Below, piece by piece: positions 55,261 through 64,000 of a stretch of DNA of 64,000 nucleotides. This DNA is from the human T2T-CHM13v2.0 reference genome, Homo sapiens: assembly GCF_009914755.1 (NCBI RefSeq), contig NC_060947.1. One strand, given 5' to 3'. Each line of letters begins with the position of its first letter. Within the stretch, counting starts at the first letter, position 1. The notes below the pieces were generated by a model. The model was given only the letters and a program-made list of their open reading frames with translations, was not told where the DNA came from and made no database searches. The position numbers and the translations under genes are program-made.

Positions 55261-56880
55261 GGGTCACATTGGAGACAGAATGGCTTCTTCTCTTTAGGGC
55301 AACTGAAGATTGCTGGAGTTATGATTAAAATACTCAGGGTATTTGCTCCTTTCTAAGTCTGAAGACAGCAAGGGCGGTAGCACTGCAGTGGCAGTGGCAG
55401 AGTGGCATTTGTTTCCCTCTGGGAGTTTTACCTCGGAGAAATGCAGAACCACTGCTACTGCGAATGTTCAACCATGGGTTGGGGCAGCTGCTCTGCTGGC
55501 CTGAACTGGGGGCTCTGCTTGTTGAAGAGCAGATCAAGGGCTCACAGGGATGAAAGACTGGGCTCCTCTGTATCATGATTGTGGCATGGTGGAAGTTTGA
55601 TTGAAGCCCTCAGAGTCGATGTTTGTTCCCCAGACAGTGGGCAGCAAGGGCAGAGCCTTTGCTGTGGCAGTGTCAGAGGAGATGTTGGTTGCCTCTGTGA
55701 GTCCCTACCTAGGAAACACAGAGCCAGTACAAGTAGGCATGCTCAGCTATGGGTGGGGTGTCTGTTCTGCAGTCCTGAACCTGGGGCCCTGACTGGTGAA
55801 AATTGGGGTGCTGGGGCTCACAGGGAAAAGAGACTGAATTCCTCTCCATATGGCGGCTGTGATGTGCTGGTAGTGCCAGCATAGCAACTTGTCCCTTTGT
55901 TCCTTCCGGCAGAGGGCAGTTAGGAGGGTACCACTGCAGCTACAATGGCAGAGGGGTTGTAGGTTATCTCTGGGATTTCCTCCTCAGAGAAATGCAGAGT
56001 CACTTTCAATTGAAGTGCTCAAGCAGGGGCAGGGTAGTTGTTCTGGAGTCTCAGGTCAGGACACCCTGCCAAGCAATGAGGAGCCAGCATGAAGGCCCAT
56101 ATGGAGAAAAAACTGACCACTTTTCTGTGGGAAGGCTGCACTGTGCTGGGGAATTGGGTCACTTCCTAATGGTTGCATACTCTTTAGAGACTGAAGGCAA
56201 TAGTGGCAGGTGCTTAGAGACAGCCAAAATAGTGGCTGGACTCTTTTTCAGGAGCTCTGTTCCAGGGAAGTTCAGGACTATTACCCGCCCAAGAGCCTCA
56301 GCGAGGTTTGGCTGGAGTCTCAGTTTGGGGTTCCTACTCAGAGAGGAGAAGCAGGATCAGGGACACACTAAAAAACAGTCCAGCTGCTTTTCCATGGGAC
56401 AGCTGCACATTGCTGGAGATCCACACCACTCCCTAATCCCCATGTACTTTCCAAGGCCTGAACGCTACACCAGCAGAAGCTGCAAGGCAGCAAAAATGGC
56501 AGCTGGCCTCTCCCTCATTGAGCTCCGTTTCAGAGTGCAGAGCTGATACCAGCTCAAGAGCCCTGGTGGAGAATGGCTGGAGTCCCAGGTCTGGGATTCT
56601 GTCCAGTGAGAAGTGGGATCAAGGACCTACATAAAAAAAATAAAAATAAAAAAAAAACAGACTGGCCACTTTTCCATGGGATGGCTGCATTGTGCAGTGA
56701 ATTCGTGCCACTCCCTTATCACCACATACTCCCCAGAGCCTGAACGCTATAGCAGTGGAGGATACAAGAGAGCAAAAATGGTGGCTGACCTCTCCCTCTG
56801 GAAGTTTTATTCTGGGGAACTGCAGAGCTGCTACCGACCAGAGAGCCCAGACCGGGTGGGGGCAGAGCTGTAGACCCAGC
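55261..56880 (-). repeat. About six degenerate ~275-bp tandem monomers in the L1 5'UTR
   Basis: Homologous anchors at ~55263, 55542, 55817, 56096, 56364 and 56627. Confidence 0.7.
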
Positions 56881-57499
56881 ACAGTGGGCCTTAATCTTCA
56901 AAATGCATTGGCAGTGAGGCATGCAGTCTGTTGCTGGTCAGCTTCCTGGATTCAGTCCCTTTCTGGCTGCATGCTAGGGAGCCTTACCTCCTGCACTGCC
57001 AGAATTGCAACCACTAGTACTGGGATGCCCAGGGATTCAAAGCTCCCAGGACTTTAGGTGTGACTGAGCAGTGGCTCTGCCCAGACTCTATGTAGTTCTC
57101 CACGTAAGTCTGGTGGCCCCAGTTGGGTGGGATCATGGGAGGATCACCTGAGCCCAGGTTTGCAAAGGTTCATGGCAGAAGTGTAGGTCCCAAAGGAGTC
57201 TTACTCACTTACCATTTCCCCATGGTGGGGAAGTGTCTCCTGGTTCCATGTCATTTCCGGGTGGGCAGTCATCCTGTCTCACTCCTCTCCATTCTCTGTG
57301 GGTCTAATTGCTTCCTTGATGAATCCCAGTGTATTCTCCTGGATGTTCCGTTTGAATATGTAGTAGATATTCATACTCTTTCTTCTCTCCATGTGAGTGG
57401 TGTACACTAGCTGCTTCTAGTCAGCCATCTTGGCCCCTCCTCCTCCACGATGAATATGAAAAACATAAGTTTTTCTCAGACATGTGAGTTTGTGAATTG

Positions 57500-57800
57500 T
57501 ATTTTTCTTATACTTTGTTGATGATCATACTTAAGGTTTGTTGTTTTTTTTTGTCTGATCTCATGGGATGTCATCTACACATGCACAGATTGGCATACAG
57601 CAAAGGCTCAAAGGAACACTTATGCAGATTTATAGAACTCTTTCCTTTCCTAAATCTCTCTTAAGGATATGCTGCATCTTAAAGTTTAGCCACCTTAATC
57701 TCTCCAAACTCTACTGTCTGTTTGCTTAGCTAATCAAGATTCTGGGCCTTTTTTTGGTCTTTCCTTTTTGCCCTGCAATGCAAAATTATTTCCAGCACAA
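57500..57800 (-). mobile_element. Ancient L1ME-type 5' region fragment, possibly continuing the 47495-50170 element
   Basis: catgcacagattggcatacagcaaaggctcaaaggaacacttatgcagattt...ccaaactct resembles recalled L1ME 5' sequence. Confidence 0.5.
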
Positions 57801-57849
57801 TTTTTGATGAGACAGCCAGCTCCTCTTTGAATTTCCATGACATTTTTAT

Positions 57850-58080
57850 AGTATAAAATGACTAAATACATGTGGTTCTACTACAGGATTCTATTCTATC
57901 TCACTGGTCTATTTGTCTATACTTGGTGGCAACAAGGTACAATCTAAGATACTACAGATTTATATTATATCTTGAAATATTGCTGTGTAATCCTTCAATT
58001 TTGTTTTTTTAAGTATGTCACAGGTATTCTAAGTGCATTACATTTCCATATACATTTTAATTTGTTAATTTCTTCAAAAC
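57850..58080 (-). mobile_element. Ancient L1M ORF2 fragment
   Basis: ttctattctatctcactggtctatttgtctatac...cttgaaat...tccttcaattttgtt. Confidence 0.55.
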
Positions 58081-58164
58081 CCTGGAGATTTGTTCATTAA
58101 CTTTTTACCTTTTAACTTCATCAAGGTATAATTTGCAAGTGGTGAAGTACTCAAATATTAAATA

Positions 58165-58495
58165 CAGTTGTTTCATAACATCTGTAGAAAATTGTTTCAA
58201 CAACATGCCCCTCATTCAGATAACAAAATTTACAGATGCACAATTTTTTATAAAAAATGGCATAGTATTTGTATATAACCTACACCCATTCTCCTATATA
58301 CTTTAAATAATCTCTACATTACTTATGATTCCAAATGCAATGTAAATATGATGTAAATAGGTTCTACATTACATCGATTTTTAAAATTTGTATTATTTTT
58401 ATGGTTGTATTGTTACTTTTAATGTTTCTTTAAAACATCTTTGAACTGTGGTTGGTTGCATCTACAAACGCAAAATTTGTGGATATGAAAACTCA
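58165..58495 (+). mobile_element. MER2 (TcMar-Tigger MITE)
   Basis: aaaatggcatagtatttgtatataacctacac...tactttaaataatctcta...tgtggttggttgcatct...gtggatatg. Confidence 0.85.
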
Positions 58496-58499
58496 CATT

Positions 58500-60584
58500 A
58501 CCTATGATAACCCATCAGGTTTCAGTGCTATGCACCTAAATTGGAGAAACAACTGATATTCAAGAAAACATAAGTCCAATGTTAAACATGAACTCATGGA
58601 GAACCAGGACAGCAACCTTGTCCTTCCAGAGTCCTTAAAGCTTTTGTTATTAAATATTTTGTATTCCATGATTCATCATGGAAAAGGTAAAATTATCCAA
58701 ATTATCCAAATATGTATTGGCGTCATGACTTCTAAATTGCTAAAATAGTTTATGACAAATATTTGGTTTTTCAAGTTAATATTCCTGGGAAAACAATAAA
58801 AGCTTTGGGTACATTTGGCTACCTGATGGGCCATTTAAACACTTAGAGAGGGATTTCATTCAATTGTCATTTTCAACACATGTTTTCTGGTTATATAAAA
58901 GCTTTTCTATGCAAGAGGGCTGGTGTTATAATACTAAATTGTTATTCCACAGTGTATTTTCAAAGAAAACTCTTTATGATTTACTGACTGAGGCCAATCA
59001 ACCCCTTCACAATCTAGAACCCGAAGATTGGATCTTCTGAGAAAATTGGAGAAAGACCACCCTTGACATCCACACTACAACAAACCTTCAGTGCCTTGAA
59101 TTTTAGGTTCATAATCCCACAACTGAGAAGAGCCCCTCCACACTCTTGGAACTGTACACCCATTAGAACCCTTAAGAAAAAGCTATCCAGGGAGATTTCT
59201 CACCAGAAGAAGATGGCATCCTTGATGTGAGCAGCTTTTTTCCAAGACCGTGGATCAAGACTTCTCTATTCTCATGAGACCCTTATCTTTAAATATTTTT
59301 TCCTTATTTATGCCTATATGAACAATATAAGTAAAAAGAGGGTCTGTTGTGTGCACTTAGGAGGAAAACTTCTATTTGTGAAGGATTTTGCAGCCAGCCT
59401 TATACATGGATAACCTTATACCTTGATAGATAAAAAATGAAGGCCCAAGGTAAGCCAGAAACTTAAACAGTACATACGTTGCTTCACAATCACTCAGAAA
59501 CAGAACACTGGTTCACTTCTCTTAACCCACATCATGGATTAAAGAGAACATTGCCAGAAATCTTTCACTCTTCTAAACAGACATCATTTTTTAGGTCCTT
59601 TTGGATGGTTTCGAGTAAAATAAGCAATGATTAGAAATGGATTCCTCATGATACGCTCTATAGCAGATTCTATTGTAAAGCCTATAGTTACACAACAGAC
59701 CAAATTCTCTTGTAAAACGTTTGCTAAATAATAGAATTGGCTAAACAGAAAAGTATCTGTGCAGGTGCTGACGCTTGTGGCCAACGGAGAATATATATCA
59801 AATGTAGATTATAGAGATTCAGTTGTAGTGGATTAATAAAGAGACTGCTTAGTTCAGTGAGCAGACTCTTTATCTGGCTTATTCTTTGATCTATTTTATT
59901 TTAGTTGATTTGGTTTATGGGTATCCTGGGTAAGAATCATACTCCAAACTCTTGGTATTATCTTCCTCATAGTCATAATAGTAGTCTCCCTTGTGTGCTG
60001 TATTCTCTCAAAGGTTTTAAATGTTTGCTTACAGCCATCTCTAGAATGTCAAATTATCTGTTTTCAACTGGAATGACAAGAGCTGAAAGAAATGTGCAAC
60101 CACGAGGACACCTTAACCTATGAATGACATGCCGAGACTGAAAACTCAAAATGATGGTAACTGAGAGTGGTGCTGAGGCCCTAAATTTCGGTCACACTCT
60201 CACCTAATTAAGAACCTGACCAAAAAGGGAGAATTTTCTTTTGAACAAAATTATGGGAGGCCATTGTTTTGGAGTGAGCTTATTCATTCACTAGGCCCTA
60301 ACAGACCAAACAAAAATTGAGTCCCTCATGCTAAATGTGACATAATCAAACTAAGACTTTAAGGAAACACACAGATCCTAGAACAGACAAGGTTTTGTTT
60401 TTCTCCTGCAAACAGGACGTTCTATCATAAGGAGGTACTCTCCACTCAGTTCTTATTCTCACCTTTGCAAAACTCACTGTTCTACTGTTTCCCAGTGGGT
60501 TTCAAAACCAATGGTGATATTGACATCAATAACTAAAGTTGTTATTAATATCTTATAATTGAGAAAATGACCTAAAGGGGAAAT
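58500..60584 (+). mobile_element. MER57/MER4-group ERV1 internal region, 3' part only
   Basis: MER4-group-like internal sequence with an env-like remnant, ending in the polypurine tract aaaggggaaat directly before the LTR. Confidence 0.75.
59536..59800 (+). pseudogene. Decayed retroviral env transmembrane-subunit remnant
   Basis: Manual translation across frameshifts: GLKRTLP ... AMIRN..MIRSIADSIVKPIVTQQ / NSLVKRLLNNRI / AKQKSICAGADAC. Confidence 0.6.
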
Positions 60585-60984
60585 TGTTAAATCAAGTTTA
60601 GCCTAAAGCTGCCTCCTTACATATTTAAGTTCAGCCTAATGGTTTTTCTGTACATCATGAACTATACCAACTGGTGGTGCAAATGAACCACAGCCCACAC
60701 CTGTGCCAATCACTAAGTTTTGGCCAATCGAATGTAGGCAACTACTCAAACTGTGTTCAAGTAAGGCAAATGCTGAGCAGTAACCAATCCAGTTCTTTCT
60801 GTACCTCATTTCCATTTTTGGTATTTCAGTTTCCATTTGCTGTCCTTAAATCTTCTTCTACCATGTGGCTGCACTGGTGTCTTTCTGACTCTGCTGTGAT
60901 TCTGAGGGCTGTCTGATTCTCAAGTAATTCATTGCTAAATCATACTCTTTTAAATGTAATTTGGCTGAAGTTTTTCTTTTAACA
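60585..60984 (+). mobile_element. MER57A/B 3' LTR
   Basis: tgttaaatcaagtttagcctaaagctgcctccttacatattt ... gaagtttttcttttaaca, 400 bp, TG..CA ends. Confidence 0.87.
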
Positions 60985-61467
60985 AAGGTTAAAAGAAAAA
61001 GAGTGCCTTTTGTGAAGTAAAAGAATCATTAAAACACATCTGGGTCTGGGGCTAAATAAAATAAATATTTCATGGGCAAGTAAGACAAATTAGCCAACCA
61101 GAAGGTAAGACATTTCCCTTGTTATTATCTTTTATATGAATAAAGATGAGATTAAAAATATAAAAATAAATTTTACTTTCCCCATAGTGCCTTGGAATAC
61201 CCATTAATCAGAAACTGAGGAACTCCTGAGCAAATGTAGAAAAACAGGATCAAATTTCTCAAATACCTCAACAATTGTCTTAGGAAACAGACTGATTCAT
61301 TACAGACTTGTTGAAAAATTATAGTAAACTGAGAGGTTAACAAAAAAGCAGTGCCTTTGAATGTAAGTATTCATACTTTGCAGCTCAGCAAATGATAGGC
61401 TCCAAACAGGCAGCTGGCAAGAAAAGATTCTATCATAGATTATTATCCCATATCTGAGAAAATATAT

Positions 61468-61840
61468 TGATATAGTTTTGCTGTGTCCCCATCCAAATCT
61501 CATCTTGAATTATATCTCTCATAATTCCCACATGTTGTGGAAAGGATCCGGTGGAAGATAAATGAATCATGGTGGCAATTTCCCCCATACTGTTCTCATG
61601 ATAGTGAATAAGTCTCCCAAGATCTGAGGTTTTATAAGGGGGAGATTTCCTGCACAAATTCTCATTGTCTCTTTGCCTGCTGCCATCCATGTAAGATGTG
61701 ACTTGCTCCTCCTTTTGTTCCACCATGATTGTGAGGCCTCCACACCCATGTGGAACTGTAAGTCCCTTAAACCTCTTTCTTTTGCAAATTGCCCAGTCTT
61801 GGGTATGTCTTTATCAGCAGTGTGAAAATGAGCTAATATA
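61468..61840 (+). mobile_element. THE1B/C solo LTR
   Basis: tgatatagttttgctgtgtccccatccaaatctcatcttgaatt ... tttatcagcagtgtgaaaatgagctaatata. Confidence 0.92.
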
Positions 61841-64000
61841 ATTATATACATTTAAAAATAGATGTCTGATCCTTATTCAAGCTTAGAAACTTAAAATCCA
61901 TTTTATTTTTCTCATATCATTCTTGATATCTTCTAAGAACTTGCTGCACACATGTCATTTGAATACTAACAAGCTTAACAATTTTAAAATATATTTTATA
62001 GTTCTAGCTTTGTTGTGGCTTTATCTAAAAAGAAAGGTATGGTTGATTAATCAAAATTGCCAAATATAAGCGAGCACTACCTAGTTGTTAATCCTTCAGA
62101 ATGTGAACTTATGGCCTCAGATCACAAGCAGAGTCCTAATACGTCTGTTTCCATTTATTTACAGCAACGATATTCGACATATTTCACCTCAATATTAATC
62201 GTTTTTTCTTGGTTTTATAGATGTTTCACTTCTCTGATGAAAATTTCCTCTTTCAGCAGAATTGCAAAAAGAGATGGATGGGGGAAAGAAAGGGAGAGGA
62301 AGATGTGGGGGAGAGAGAGAAAGTGAGAGAGAGAGAGGAGAAATTTCATATAATCTATGTGTTTTAACAGAAATAAAGAAAATGGAGAGAATTCAGGTAT
62401 AAAATATTCAAATCTTTCTATAACTAATATGGGCAGGCCTGAATTTAAATGCTTCCTGTTAACCTTTTCATTCTCTTCTTGCTCAACATACTCACTCTCT
62501 GTCAGATTTTCCTCATGCCTGAACAATAACATATATGGAGCCAATATTTTGCCTTATGACAACCTGTTTAATAATCTGCTGTAAGAAATATACTGTCTCT
62601 CAAATCAGGGAAAACTTGTGTATAATAGAAACTTACTGAAGCCCAGTGAAGTTTAATAGAATGAAAGTTGTTCAAATATACATGTAAATAGCATAGGTGA
62701 AAATAATACACGTTATCTAAGAGTTAGTTACACACGTATTGCTCAGCAAATGCATCTGTTACTCCAAATATTTTCTAATTGCATATACCCAATCTGGTCA
62801 GGCCATTCAATATAAACTTACTTTGAAAAAATTAAAATAAAATATTAGATGAGGGATGACAAGTAGTTTTTAACTTATGTGCAAGTTCAAAATTACTGAT
62901 AATGGTTGCCTGCAGTTCTCATAAAAATAATTAAGACATTGCTTTCGATTTTAGTGAGAAAAATGGTCATAATTGATTGGTATATCTGTCATTTGTTCAA
63001 AATAGGGAGTAATACATATGGTGTATTTACTCACCCTGCGTTAGAAAGTAATGTATATAAAACTGAACATATTCATCCAAATGTATTACATAATAGAATT
63101 TTCCTCCAGTGTCATTTTTGCTCCATTATTTTTCTAAATTTAAGAATTTTAGTAAGTTGTCATGCTATTCTTATGACATCCCCAATAAACTCACTTCATA
63201 CAAAAAGGCAATCACTATAAAATATGAAACGAGTTGATTTGATGTACTACTAAATAACGTTGCCCTCAGATACTCTTGTTCTAAATATTATAGTTTGGTA
63301 TCTCCATTGGATCCTTTTCTCAATTTCCCCCATGATTCCTCTTGAATTTATATTATTATCTTATGCTACTTGTAAAATAATTTCAGTTTGTCTCTTTTGA
63401 GTCTATTTATCCCATTTCTCTTCCTCCTACTATTTTTGCTTATAAAATTAAAACAGATATTTAAAGCTCAAATGTTGAGAAGCCATGCAGTTAACATAAG
63501 TCTTTGAATTTAACAATACACGCTAAATTATCACCCTCAAGCATAACATATGCCCAGATACTTCGCCTCTTTTTCCAAGATTAGCATTCAATCACTGGGC
63601 TATATATAATCCATTTTATGGCCATTTTGCAATGCCTTAACTAAAGAAGTAATTACATTTAGTTATCAAGAAGTTATCTGCCTCATTATAGGCAATGGTC
63701 ATTGGATAATCTCAGGTGTGATACTTTTGCCCAACTTCCACAGGATAAATTGACATGTGAGAGGATGGACTGGAGTAACTGTCCCAACTAGTTGAAAAAA
63801 GAGATAACTAATATTTTCCTTATCTTTTAAAAAGGCCTTTAAGATGTACTTTAACTTATATAATGGGCATCAAAAGAGATACAAGCTTGATGTAAAATGC
63901 TTTATAAGGCATATTTTATGCACTTATGTGTTTCTTATTTAAAGGAAAATCTGCATTACTGATATGCTATAAGGTACCCTCCAACACAAGTGGATAAAAA

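Noticed and set aside
62057-63220. Several 75-109-aa ORFs in the unique AT-rich tail
   Set aside because: Low-complexity composition, no domains or evident splice structure.

Overview
This is AT-rich primate (human-like) genomic DNA with no recognisable host gene, RNA gene or CRISPR array. About three quarters of it is transposable-element sequence. It holds five full-length or near-full-length LINE-1 copies of different ages (L1PA4-like +, L1PB1-like -, L1PB4-like -, L1PA10-like +, L1PA14/15-like -), a twin-primed inverted L1PA8-like copy and older L1 fragments. It also holds five complete Alus and an Alu stub, two complete MaLR proviruses (MSTA, THE1B), solo LTRs (THE1, MSTB, MER11C/D, MER50, MLT2, LTR16), a MER57 ERV1 3' half with a decayed env, and MER5/MER2 DNA transposons. 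Many elements are nested and retain readable target-site duplications (TSDs). All L1 ORFs are disrupted. Subfamily names come from recalled consensus signatures, not a database search. I found no convincing new biological system. The most notable observations are: a locally templated ~133-bp L1 copy plus T-tract inside an MSTA LTR; a ~6 x 275-bp monomer array in an old L1 5'UTR; a twin-priming inversion; a possible 15-nt 3' transduction; two Alu insertions at the same L1 position; and a double-PPT/env remnant in the MER57 element.
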